Shown: positions 1-9,177, counted from the stretch's first letter. The stretch: 64,000 bases of DNA from Anaerolineales bacterium (GCA_035298105.1 DATGYJ010000433.1:1374-65373); one strand, 5' to 3'. Numbers and translations are program-made. Notes: generated from the letters alone by a model not told the origin.

Positions 1-48
1 GTTATCGGTTCACTTTTCAACTTGCGCTAACATTCGGCATTCTCTTGC

Positions 49-77
49 TTGACATCCCCTCCTGCCTCAAGTAGAAT
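49..77 (+). promoter_or_regulatory. sigma70-type promoter for the tRNA pair
   Basis: TTGACA (49-54), 17-nt spacer, TAGAAT (72-77), 18 nt upstream of the first tRNA. Confidence 0.8.
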
Positions 78-95
78 GTCATTCGCCTTATTAAC

Positions 96-168
96 GGGCC
101 TGTAGCGCAGTTGGGAGCGCGCCTCAATCGCACTGAGGAGGTCAGGGGTTCGAATCCCCTCAGGTCCA
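96..168 (+). tRNA. tRNA-Ala (anticodon CGC)
   Basis: Acceptor stem GGGCCTG/CAGGTCC with the G3:U70 Ala identity pair; anticodon arm CCTCA-ATCGCAC-TGAGG; T loop GTTCGAATC; discriminator A; CCA not encoded. Confidence 0.97.
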
Positions 169-255
169 CAGATTTGCGATTGACGATTTTCGATTGATGA
201 TTGTAAGAACACAGTCCAAATCGTAAATCTGAAATCAAAAACCCAAAATCATCCT

Positions 256-328
256 GGGCCCATAGCGCAGTTGGGAGCGCGTCTCAATGGCATTGAGAAG
301 GTCGGGGGTTCGAATCCCCCTGGGTCCA
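256..328 (+). tRNA. tRNA-Ala (anticodon GGC)
   Basis: Acceptor stem GGGCCCA/TGGGTCC with G3:U70; anticodon arm TCTCA-ATGGCAT-TGAGA; GTTCGAATC; CCA not encoded. Confidence 0.97.
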
Positions 329-332
329 CAAT

Positions 333-357
333 GTAGGGACGGGTCTTGCACCCGTCC
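333..357 (+). repeat. GTAG-type REP-like hairpin
   Basis: GTAG followed by the inverted repeat GGACGGGT-cttgc-ACCCGTCC; related GTAG-led hairpins at about 5550-5595 and 28293-28350. Confidence 0.5.
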
Positions 358-364
358 AGGCAAA

Positions 365-649
365 GTCAGGACAGGAGTAGTAGGTCATCCCGTCAGCGAG
401 TTGGGAGAGTGAGGTGAGAGCCCAGCACAGCGCCCATCGGGAGCGCATCCAGACTGAACTCGCCTGTTACTCATATGAGAGACTGCATCGGTGAAACGCA
501 TTAGAACTGCGAGTAGCCGATGACGGGTAAGCCCGTTATAGCGCACGAGCGACGTTAGCAAGTTGAAATATTTGAACCTGCCAACGTAATTCGGGGTGGT
601 ACCGCGGAGCGTCCCTTCGTCCCTGATATGGATGAAGGGATTTTTGTTT
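365..649 (+). ncRNA. T-box riboswitch leader (Leu) upstream of leuS
   Basis: AGCGAG and GGTGAGAG stem-I motifs; candidate specifier codon CTG (Leu) at 454-456 in AGA-CTG-AA; T-box GGTGGTACCGCG at 595-606; terminator TCCCTTCGTCC...GGATGAAGGGA-TTTTT at 612-645. Confidence 0.9.
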
Positions 650-710
650 ATGTGGAGTCTGTCATACTGTGGAGCAAGCTCCACGACTCCAAATTGGAAA
701 GGAGGCACGC

Positions 711-809
711 ATGAAAAGAGTATTTCGAATTAATTACATCCCCAGGACTGCTTCGCTTGTCTTCTGGCAAGAAGGTCCTCTTCTTCCGCGCCTCTTCACA
801 TGCAGATAG
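711..809 (+). CDS. putative 32-aa small ORF between the T-box terminator and leuS
   Basis: Strong SD AAAGGAGG just upstream of ATG 711; reads MKRVFRINYIPRTASLVFWQEGPLLPRLFTCR then TAG. Confidence 0.45.
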   Translation: MKRVFRINYIPRTASLVFWQEGPLLPRLFTCR

Positions 810-864
810 AAACCCACCTAATACGTGGGACCTGGTCCCTGAAACCTACGTTAATGAGGAAAGA

Positions 865-3654
865 ATGGCAGTAACGAAAAAGAAACCGACTAAGAAAAAA
901 GTGACTTCAAAAACCACAAAAGCTGTAAAGTCAACGAAGGTTGCCGCGGCAAAGACCAAGAAAGCAACGAGTCGTGCGGCTTCGAAAGTGAAAACAGTTA
1001 AGAAAACTATCTCCAGGAAGGCAGCGCCGAAGGCTACGGTGGCAAAACCGGTTGCCAAAAAGGTTGCGAAGAAAACTGTGAAAGCGGCCAAACCTATGCG
1101 GAAAATGGCGGCAGTGGTCGCCACAAAGCGTGTAAAAGCAGCTGCCAAAGTGCAGAGACCCGCGAAAGATATGTCTTATAGCCCGCAAGCGATTGAAAAG
1201 AAGTGGCAGGCGCAATGGGAAGCAGACAAGCTATATCGGGCCGTGATCGATGAGACGCGTCCGAAACACTATGCCCTGACAATGTTGCCATACACCTCCG
1301 GCGACCTGCATTTCGGTCACTGGTATCCGATGGCTCCTTCTGACGCGCGGGCACGCTACAAGCGCATGAATGGCTATAACGTATTATTTCCAATTGGTTT
1401 TGACGCGTTCGGTCTGCCTGCTGAGAACGCCGCGATCAAGCGCGGCATCCATCCCAAGGAATGGACCTATAAGAACATCGACAATATGCGCAGGCAATTG
1501 AAAACGATGGGTACCATGTTCGATTGGGAACGTGAAGCCATTAGTGCCGACCCGGAATATTACAAGTGGACAGAATGGTTCTTTATCCAACTGTTCAAAG
1601 CCGGACTGGCATATCGTAAGCTGTCGGCAGTCGACTGGTGCCCGAAGGACAACACAACCCTGGCGCGTGAGCAGGTCGTCGGTGAGAACCGGGTCTGTGA
1701 ACGCTGCGGTACGCCTGTGATCAAGAAGGATCTGGAACAGTGGTTCTTCAGGGCGACGAATTATGCCGATGAATTACTGAACTTCGACGAAATCGACTGG
1801 CCTGAGCGTGTCAAGACATTGCAGACCAACTGGATCGGACGTAGTGAAGGCGCCTCAGTCATCTTCAAAACCGCCCCCTTCGGGGATGATAAATCTGGTG
1901 ACCCGATTGAAATCTTTACGACCCGCCCCGATACCCTGTGGGGTGCAACATTTATGGTCTTCTCGCCTGAACATCCTCTGGTAGATAAGATCACGACGCC
2001 TGAGCACAGGGACGAGGTCGAAACGTACAAGCAGCAGGCCGCGCGCCAATCGGATATCGAGCGTGAGGCTCTTGACAAGGAAAAGACCGGTGTGTTCACG
2101 GGCGCGTATGCTATTAACCCGGTCAATGACGAACGTATTCCCATCTGGATCGCGGATTATGTGTTGCTGTCTTATGGTACGGGCGCGATCATGGCCGTCC
2201 CGGCGCATGACGAGCGTGATTTTGCATTCGCCAGAAAGTATGGCTTACCTGTTATCCCTGTGATCCAGCCCGAGGGCGTCGAGTTGAATGGCGACACCAT
2301 GGAAGCAGCCCATGAGCATGAAGGGATCATGATCAACAGCGGTCCTTTCAACGGAACCCGCGCCACCAATGACAAAGGGATGAAGAATCCGGCGATCAAA
2401 GCTGTGATCGAATGGCTGGAAGAAAGAGGCATCGGAAGGCGGGCGGTGAATTACCGGTATCGCGATTGGTTGATCTCACGGCAGCGCTACTGGGGCTCCC
2501 CGATCCCGATGATCTATTGCTCTGTGCATGGCTGGAACCCTGTGCCCGAAGATCAGCTGCCCGTGACTTTGCCTGAAGATGTCGAGTGGAAGCCAACCGG
2601 TGAGTCGCCCTTGAAGCTGCACCCGACCTGGAAGAATACCACTTGCCCGATCTGTGGTGAGCCTGCCACGCGCGAAACCGATACGATGGATACATTTATG
2701 TGCTCTTCGTGGTATCACCTGCGTTATTTGTCACCGCACTACGACCAGGGCCCCTTCGATGAAGCTGAGTACAACTATTGGATGCCTGTTGACGTATACA
2801 CGGGCGGCATTGAGCATGCCACGATGCACTTGCTGTACACGCGCTTCTTCCACAAGGCGATGCGCGATGCAGGCATCGTGGAAGGCAACGAGCCGATGAT
2901 CCAACTGCGTAATCAAGGCATCATCTTGGGTGAAGACGGCGATAAGATGTCCAAGAGTAAAGGCAACGTGGTCGCGCCGGATGAATTGGTTGGGCAATAT
3001 GGCACCGACGCGCTGCGCACCTATTTGATGTTCGCATATCGCTGGCAGGAAGGTGGACCCTGGAACAGCAATGGAATTGAAGGGACCGCCCGCTGGCTGC
3101 GTCGCGTATGGACTCTGTTTACCGACCCCGTTCAGGGTCAGCCGAACGTTGCTTCTGATGAAACCAGGCGAATACTACGCCGACGAGTCCACCAGACACT
3201 GCGCAGAGTGACCAATGACTTCGAGAACTTCGAATTTAATACCATCATCTCCGCACTGATGGAACTGCTGAACGAGATGTACAAAGCGCGGGAGGCAGGC
3301 GCCGTTGGCACACCTGAATGGGATGAAGCAACGGAAATCTACTTGAAGATGCTGGCGCCGGTGGCACCACATATCGCCGAAGAACTGTGGACGAATCAAC
3401 TGGGCAGACCGTATTCAATTCATCAGCAGGGGTGGCCCAAAGTGGATGAAGCCGCCGCCAAGGAAGACACGATTGAATTACCAGTCCAGATCAACGGTAA
3501 GGTGCGCGACCGGATCACTGTTGCAGCCGATGCCAGCGAGGCCGAAATCAAATCGGCGGCGCTGGCAAGTGAGGGCGTGCAGAAGTATTTGGAAGGCAAA
3601 GAGCCGAAGAAGGTGATCGTGGCAAACAGAAGGCTGGTGAGTCTGGTGATATAA
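865..3654 (+). CDS. leuS: leucine--tRNA ligase with Lys/Ala-rich N-terminal extension
   Basis: HIGH-type motif PYTSGDLHFGH, editing-domain FTTRPDT and GTGAIMAVPAHD, DWLISRQRYWG, KMSKS; SD GAGGA before ATG 865; the canonical LeuRS body starts at Met 1171. Confidence 0.97.
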   Translation: MAVTKKKPTKKKVTSKTTKAVKSTKVAAAKTKKATSRAASKVKTVKKTISRKAAPKATVAKPVAKKVAKKTVKAAKPMRKMAAVVATKRVKAAAKVQRPAKDMSYSPQAIEKKWQAQWEADKLYRAVIDETRPKHYALTMLPYTSGDLHFGHWYPMAPSDARARYKRMNGYNVLFPIGFDAFGLPAENAAIKRGIHPKEWTYKNIDNMRRQLKTMGTMFDWEREAISADPEYYKWTEWFFIQLFKAGLAYRKLSAVDWCPKDNTTLAREQVVGENRVCERCGTPVIKKDLEQWFFRATNYADELLNFDEIDWPERVKTLQTNWIGRSEGASVIFKTAPFGDDKSGDPIEIFTTRPDTLWGATFMVFSPEHPLVDKITTPEHRDEVETYKQQAARQSDIEREALDKEKTGVFTGAYAINPVNDERIPIWIADYVLLSYGTGAIMAVPAHDERDFAFARKYGLPVIPVIQPEGVELNGDTMEAAHEHEGIMINSGPFNGTRATNDKGMKNPAIKAVIEWLEERGIGRRAVNYRYRDWLISRQRYWGSPIPMIYCSVHGWNPVPEDQLPVTLPEDVEWKPTGESPLKLHPTWKNTTCPICGEPATRETDTMDTFMCSSWYHLRYLSPHYDQGPFDEAEYNYWMPVDVYTGGIEHATMHLLYTRFFHKAMRDAGIVEGNEPMIQLRNQGIILGEDGDKMSKSKGNVVAPDELVGQYGTDALRTYLMFAYRWQEGGPWNSNGIEGTARWLRRVWTLFTDPVQGQPNVASDETRRILRRRVHQTLRRVTNDFENFEFNTIISALMELLNEMYKAREAGAVGTPEWDEATEIYLKMLAPVAPHIAEELWTNQLGRPYSIHQQGWPKVDEAAAKEDTIELPVQINGKVRDRITVAADASEAEIKSAALASEGVQKYLEGKEPKKVIVANRRLVSLVI

Positions 3655-3675
3655 GCGCATCCTCGCAGAAATGTA

Positions 3676-3717
3676 AAAAGCAGCAGGCAATCTGCCAAGA
3701 TTGCCTGCTGCTTTTTG
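3676..3717 (+). terminator. intrinsic terminator after leuS
   Basis: AAAAGCAGCAGGCAATCT-gcca-AGATTGCCTGCTGCTTTT. Confidence 0.9.
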
Positions 3718-4005
3718 ATTCTGCCTGACATTCGTCAGGCTCACCCGAAGGTACTGACATTTATGCAATCATTTTGCAACTTCGCAGCAACTTTCCTGCA
3801 ACGCGATATTCAATCGCTGAGTCATACAATGGTAATAGAAAATTCCAGAGCCAGCTAATAAATTTCTTAACAGGTAGACCCATCTCCACTTATTTCAGGG
3901 GAACATCAAGCGCAGTGGAGAGGTCATGCGGTCATAAGAAGAACTGAACTTTACTTGCCTGAAATCGTGTTTCGTCAAAGTTTATTCCATAAGGAGAGTG
4001 TGACC

Positions 4006-5538
4006 ATGAGATCTAAGCGTCTTTTTCAAATCTTCGTCTTGTTTGTATTGTTATTCAGTCTGCTTGGAAGTAGCCCACGTGCATATGCTAGCACCACTTC
4101 CCAGGCAGACGCTGTGGTTATCAACCGCAGTCTCAATTATTGGGATGCCACTTACATTGGCTTCGTAAGTGCCAGCATCTTCGAGAACTGGCAGTTCGAG
4201 TTTGCCGAGTCCCACAATTTCGTGGTAACGGTATCACCGGTGAGCGGTGACTTAATTCCTCTACTCACTCTGTTGGATACAAATGGCAATGAACTTGCCC
4301 ATGGCACAGGTACACTGACCAGTACCCAACCCGCTGGAAGTTATTCCGTTCAAGTTCAACCTCAGTCGGGTAGTGGCTTTTATGTCCTGACCATCCGGCA
4401 AATTGTCACAATTTTACCGTCTGTAAGCACGGTTGTCAGCCCTGCCAGTGTGAACGCTGGGGAGACGGCTACGGTCACGGTCAGCCTGAACAACGTGCCC
4501 GCCGAAGGGTATACCAGCGCTGAATTTACCTGCACCTATAATGCTGGCCTGGTAGAGGCGGGCAATATCGTGGTTGGCAACCTGTTTGGAGCCGATCCGG
4601 CTGTGGCGATCAATGGTCCGCAGAACGGCAGTTTCATCGTGGCGATCGCAGGCAGTAACGGCAATAAAGCGACCACCAGCGGCGCGACTTTCACCTTTAG
4701 CGCCACAGGTTTACAGGCCGGCCAGACTGCGATTGAATGTACAGTTCGCGTCTCAAAGGGAGATAGCGTGCTTACCAGCCTTTCCTCAACTGGCCCTGCC
4801 GCCCTGACGATTACGGGTGGGCCGACATTCACGCCCACGCCGACTGGCTCAGTGGTGCCCCCGACAGACACATTCACACCCACACCGACTGGTTCAGTAG
4901 TGCCCCCGACAGATACATTCACGCCCACGCCGACCGGTTCAGTGGTGCCCCCGACAGATACGTTCACGCCCACACCGACCGGCTCAGTGGTGCCCCCGAC
5001 AGACACGTTCACACCCACGCCGACTGGCTCAGTGGTGCCCCCGACAGATACATTCACGCCCACACCGACTGCATCCGCCACACCAACTTCCACAGAGACT
5101 GTTACTTCCACGCCTGTGCCTACGACAGGAACCCTCACAGGGCAAGTATTGGCCAGCAAGACGGTCACCGTGAGTTTGCTCAATGCGGACAATTCAGTGG
5201 CTGCTTCGATGACTGCCAATGCGGATGGAACTTTCAGCCTGACGGCTCCTGCTGGCACGTATGCCGTCCGTGCGGCAGCCAGTGGTTTCCTCAGTGCCCA
5301 GGGTTCTACAACGCTCACGGCCGGGAATACCAACACGATGCCGACGATCAGCCTGCTGCCGGGCGATATTGATAACAACAATGTGATCGATCAATTGGAT
5401 GCCCTGACCATTGGGATGAGTTACAACACCGCTTCGCCCGCCGCAGCAGATTTGAATAATGATGGGATCATCAACGTACTTGATCTGGAACTGCTGGCTC
5501 AGAACTATCGCAAGACCGGTCCTGTTGCCTGGCAGTAA
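4006..5538 (+). CDS. secreted modular protein: PPC-like beta-sandwich, cohesin-like domain, Pro/Thr linker, Cna-B/carboxypeptidase-regulatory-like domain and C-terminal type I dockerin
   Basis: SD AAGGAGAG; signal peptide; cohesin-like VTVSLNNV..YTSAEFTCTYN...FTF; two Ca-binding loops GDIDNNNVIDQLD and ADLNNDGIINVLD. Confidence 0.8.
   Translation: MRSKRLFQIFVLFVLLFSLLGSSPRAYASTTSQADAVVINRSLNYWDATYIGFVSASIFENWQFEFAESHNFVVTVSPVSGDLIPLLTLLDTNGNELAHGTGTLTSTQPAGSYSVQVQPQSGSGFYVLTIRQIVTILPSVSTVVSPASVNAGETATVTVSLNNVPAEGYTSAEFTCTYNAGLVEAGNIVVGNLFGADPAVAINGPQNGSFIVAIAGSNGNKATTSGATFTFSATGLQAGQTAIECTVRVSKGDSVLTSLSSTGPAALTITGGPTFTPTPTGSVVPPTDTFTPTPTGSVVPPTDTFTPTPTGSVVPPTDTFTPTPTGSVVPPTDTFTPTPTGSVVPPTDTFTPTPTASATPTSTETVTSTPVPTTGTLTGQVLASKTVTVSLLNADNSVAASMTANADGTFSLTAPAGTYAVRAAASGFLSAQGSTTLTAGNTNTMPTISLLPGDIDNNNVIDQLDALTIGMSYNTASPAAADLNNDGIINVLDLELLAQNYRKTGPVAWQ
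4825..5070 (+). repeat. 45-bp coding tandem repeat (TFTPTPTGSVVPPTD) x5 plus a partial copy
   Basis: Directly visible; the copies differ only at synonymous positions. Confidence 0.95.
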
Positions 5539-5609
5539 TATCTTTATCAGTAGATAGGGCGCACAATGCCAGGTGCGAAGGCGTGTGCGCCCTGTTCCGG
5601 GAGTTGCCT

Positions 5610-6590
5610 ATGAAATCTATTACTGCGTTTCTCCTTGCGCTCATTTTTATGCTTGCCGTGGTCGTGACCGTCAGTGCCCAGGCTTCTGAAAGTATTTGGC
5701 TTACGGCTAATACGACTGCCTACAAAACTGGTGAAACAGTGATCGCCACAGTCAATGCAGCTTCTACGACACCGATCCAGGGGTTTACGTTTCAAATTCG
5801 CTATGATCCCAAATGCCTGCGGCCAATCAATGCGGCCAGCCCGATCCCTGGCATGAACGGCTTGCCTCTGCCTCAACTCTCTGGTCAGGTTGATGGTTCC
5901 TATGCCAGTACTACCCCTCAAATAGCCAATGGCATGCTCGCTCAGGTGCGATTTACAGCCTTAGGCGGCTGCCAGACCAATCTCACGCTGGAAAGCGCGG
6001 CGCTTGCCATTCGTAACGAATCGGGGTTTGCTGCTCCACTACCTGGCGTAACGATTGGTGAAAAGAATATTGCTCTGAACATTGATAAAGCGCTGGGAAC
6101 TTCTCAATCTCCCGAGAACATATCGGGAGCCATCCTGCCTCTCGACCCGCCTCCTGCTGCTGCTCCGAAATATTCGGTCTGGATCATAGCTTTGGTGGTG
6201 GTTCTGGTCATTGGGGCGATGTTTGGAGCTTTCAAGCTATTCCGAATAGGGGCAGTTGCTGCAAATGTTCCCTCTAGCCCAAAAGCCTCTGCACCTTCGC
6301 AGATGCCCACTGTGCAAATCAAACACGGTCCCAATGCCGGGAAAAGCTTTAGGCTGAACAAATTACCCTGCTTTATCGGACGTGACCCTATTAACGAGAT
6401 TTGTCTCAATGACCCACATGTCATCGGCCAGCACGTCAAAATATTTACCAAAGACGACGGCTATTACTTAATGGACTTGGGCGGCGAGACGTTTATCAAT
6501 GGTCAGGCGATCCGGAGGAGTTCCACCATCTTAAAGTCAGGGGATGTAGTGCGCTTGGGAAAGAGTGCCTTATTTGTATTTGGATCGTAG
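5610..6590 (+). CDS. membrane-anchored cohesin-like protein with cytoplasmic FHA domain
   Basis: Signal peptide; cohesin-like IQGFTFQIRYDP...LAQVRFTA; TM helix VWIIALVVVLVIGAMFG; FHA signature IGRD...H...TFING...LKSGDVVRLG. Confidence 0.8.
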   Translation: MKSITAFLLALIFMLAVVVTVSAQASESIWLTANTTAYKTGETVIATVNAASTTPIQGFTFQIRYDPKCLRPINAASPIPGMNGLPLPQLSGQVDGSYASTTPQIANGMLAQVRFTALGGCQTNLTLESAALAIRNESGFAAPLPGVTIGEKNIALNIDKALGTSQSPENISGAILPLDPPPAAAPKYSVWIIALVVVLVIGAMFGAFKLFRIGAVAANVPSSPKASAPSQMPTVQIKHGPNAGKSFRLNKLPCFIGRDPINEICLNDPHVIGQHVKIFTKDDGYYLMDLGGETFINGQAIRRSSTILKSGDVVRLGKSALFVFGS

Positions 6591-6688
6591 CAATCCAAAC
6601 ATGGGTGTTCCTTAGCTGAATCAATTACCCGAGACGCCAAAGATCACCTGTGTTTTATAGCTCTTTTGAGCGAGAGGAGGAAGTCGTC

Positions 6689-9115
6689 ATGAAATCCAAA
6701 TATGTTCTTCGGGTAATCAGCCTGTTGGCTTTATTGCTGTCGTTTCTTCCGGCGGGCAATGCCGTAGCACTTGCAGTCGCCGCTCCGCCGCCAGTCGATA
6801 TGTTTCAATTGCCCTGGGATCAGGGACTGGCCTGGGTTGCCATCGATGGATTGGATAATGGGCTAAAACGACCTTTAAGCAGTTCACATAATTACACGGT
6901 GGGCGGTGCCGTGGACTTTGCTCCCCATAACAATATGAAGGTCGGAGAGAACACCTCCAACTTCTGGGTTACCGCTGCCGCAGCGGGGACTGTAATTGAA
7001 AAATCCTTTTGTCATGTGAAGATCGATCACGGCAATGGCTGGATCACGGAATACCAATTCCTTGCCAACGTCCAGGTGAAAGTGGGCGATGCAGTCTTTC
7101 GCAACCAGCGCCTGGGCATCATTGCGAATGGCTCAAGCCAGCCGTTCTGCCCCGGCAGCCAGGATATCAATGTGCCGCACCTGCACTTCATGCTGCGCCC
7201 GAGCATAAGAAACGCGACTTTCTCCGGTTGGACGGTCAACTATAATGCCATCCTGAACAAAACAACTTTCACGAAGAATGGGGAGACCTTAGGTCTTTTC
7301 CAGCCTCTCATGAATACACTTGACCTTCAGATCGTAGACCGTGGTCCCATTACCTGGGATACGCCTGTTACCGGAAGCGTAGACAGCTTCCGTTACGAAA
7401 GATGGTCGTTGGCGCTCACTGAGATGAACAAATTTACATTGACCGCGACCCCGGCGACGACTAACCTGGTTCTTCAGATCAGTTTACTGGATGCCAACGG
7501 CAATGTCATGGCGAGCGATACTGGTACATTGACCAGCACGCAGCCCGCCGGAAATTATTTCGTTCAGATCCAGCCTCAAGTGGCGAACGGCTTCTATAGC
7601 CTGGTCCTTCACAAGGAGGACCTGCCTGTACCGACGGGGCCGTATACGTCAGTGACTGTCGATCCACCGACCATCAATCCCGGTGAGAGTGCCACGGCCA
7701 CGGTTAATTTGAACAACGTGCCTGCGGAAGGTTATACCAGTACTGAGTTCACTTGCACTTACAATGCCAGCTTGGTTGAGGTGAGTAATATCACTGTCAC
7801 CAATCTCTTTGGCACAGATGCGGTCGCGGCCATCAATGGTCCGCAGGATGGCAGATTCATAGTAGCGATTGCGGGCAGCAACGGGAATAAAGCGACCACG
7901 AACGGCGCTGCCTTTACCTTTAGTGCCAAAGGTCTGCAGGCGGGTCAAACTGCAATTGAATGTAAAGCAAGAGTTTCCAAAGGCGACAATACGCTGACTG
8001 CGATAGAGTTCCTGCCGGCCGCCCTGACTGTCCTTGGAAATATAGTTACACCGACCCCCGTTGTTTCGCCTGTGCCGACCACTTCTACACCTGAGCCATC
8101 GCTTACCCCAACAGTCACGGCGACTTCTACTTCACCTGCGGGCGATTGGCTGACCTTCACGAACTCCACCTTTAGTTTCCAGTTCAAATATCCCCCGAAC
8201 AGCCAGATCGAAACGGGTGGTACAGATACCGATACCATCATTCATCTGCCCTTTGCGCCAGGCACCAATTTGGGGACGAAATATGTGCAGGTGATCGTAG
8301 CCGAGAACGCTAATCCCTGCCAAAGTCCACTGGCAACCCAATCAGGGCTTGAAACATCCGAAACAGTAGTCATCAACGGGCTCTCATTCCTGAAACAGAC
8401 CGGTCAGGATGGCACAGCCGGCCACATCAATAAATGGACGGCCTACTCTACCTCGCGCGATATCGTCTGTGTTAGCCTGGACTTTGTCCTGCGAGCTGCC
8501 GACCCCGGCGTGTTTACTACTCCGCCGCCCCTTTACGATGAAGCGGCTGAGTCGGCTGTTTTTGGACAGATTGTGGCAACTTACGCGTGGCTCACCGGAC
8601 CCACAGCCACAGCAACCTCTTCTACGCCGACAGAATCATCCACCCCGGATGGGTCGCCCACGGCCACTTTGACATCTACAGCAACTGCCATCCCCACTAC
8701 CTCAGGCACACTCACGGGACAAGTACTTGCCAGCAAACCCGTTCTAGTGAGTTTGCTCGCAGCGGATAACTCGGTGGTCGCTTCGATGACCGTCAATGCG
8801 GATGGGACATTTAGTCTGACTGCTCCGGCCGGGACGTATGTTGTGACCGCCAGCGCTGACGGTTTCCTGAGCGCACAGGGTTCCGCTACCCTGACGGGCG
8901 GCAGTACCAGCACGGAGCCCAGCCTGACTTTGCTGGCAGGTGATATTGATAATAACGACTTAATTGATCAGTTCGATGCTTTGACAATCGGAATGAGCTA
9001 TAACACAGCAGCGCCCGCCGCAGCAGATTTGAATAACGACGGGATCATTAATGTGCTTGACCTGGAACAATTGGCCAGGAACTACCGGAAAACCGGCCCG
9101 CTTCCCTGGCAATAA
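6689..9115 (+). CDS. secreted M23-family peptidase with PPC-like, cohesin-like, PsbP-like, Cna-B-like and dockerin domains
   Basis: SD GAGGAGG; signal peptide; M23 motifs H..(x)..AVDF, VTAAAAGTV, VKVGDAV, PHLHF; cohesin and dockerin segments closely similar to those of 4006..5538. Confidence 0.82.
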   Translation: MKSKYVLRVISLLALLLSFLPAGNAVALAVAAPPPVDMFQLPWDQGLAWVAIDGLDNGLKRPLSSSHNYTVGGAVDFAPHNNMKVGENTSNFWVTAAAAGTVIEKSFCHVKIDHGNGWITEYQFLANVQVKVGDAVFRNQRLGIIANGSSQPFCPGSQDINVPHLHFMLRPSIRNATFSGWTVNYNAILNKTTFTKNGETLGLFQPLMNTLDLQIVDRGPITWDTPVTGSVDSFRYERWSLALTEMNKFTLTATPATTNLVLQISLLDANGNVMASDTGTLTSTQPAGNYFVQIQPQVANGFYSLVLHKEDLPVPTGPYTSVTVDPPTINPGESATATVNLNNVPAEGYTSTEFTCTYNASLVEVSNITVTNLFGTDAVAAINGPQDGRFIVAIAGSNGNKATTNGAAFTFSAKGLQAGQTAIECKARVSKGDNTLTAIEFLPAALTVLGNIVTPTPVVSPVPTTSTPEPSLTPTVTATSTSPAGDWLTFTNSTFSFQFKYPPNSQIETGGTDTDTIIHLPFAPGTNLGTKYVQVIVAENANPCQSPLATQSGLETSETVVINGLSFLKQTGQDGTAGHINKWTAYSTSRDIVCVSLDFVLRAADPGVFTTPPPLYDEAAESAVFGQIVATYAWLTGPTATATSSTPTESSTPDGSPTATLTSTATAIPTTSGTLTGQVLASKPVLVSLLAADNSVVASMTVNADGTFSLTAPAGTYVVTASADGFLSAQGSATLTGGSTSTEPSLTLLAGDIDNNDLIDQFDALTIGMSYNTAAPAAADLNNDGIINVLDLEQLARNYRKTGPLPWQ

Positions 9116-9141
9116 CGGCAGGCATCACCGCATCGATAGGG

Positions 9142-9177
9142 AAGGCTCCTGATCGTTGTAAGTTGGTCAGGAGCTTT
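9142..9177 (+). terminator. probable intrinsic terminator
   Basis: AAGGCTCCTGATC...GGTCAGGAGCTTT hairpin after the M23 gene. Confidence 0.6.

Noticed and set aside
17-708. Short minus-strand ORFs at 17-238, 27-212 and 385-708
   Set aside because: They overlap tRNA-Ala and the T-box leader on the opposite strand
757-864. Upstream TTG start for leuS
   Set aside because: No SD and it overlaps the small ORF; ATG 865 has an SD
4825-5070. Regular repeats that might be taken for a CRISPR array
   Set aside because: 45-bp in-frame coding repeats with no unique spacers and no cas genes
4536-5381. 281-aa antisense ORF with VGVGV repeats
   Set aside because: Mirror of the Pro/Thr repeat on the sense strand
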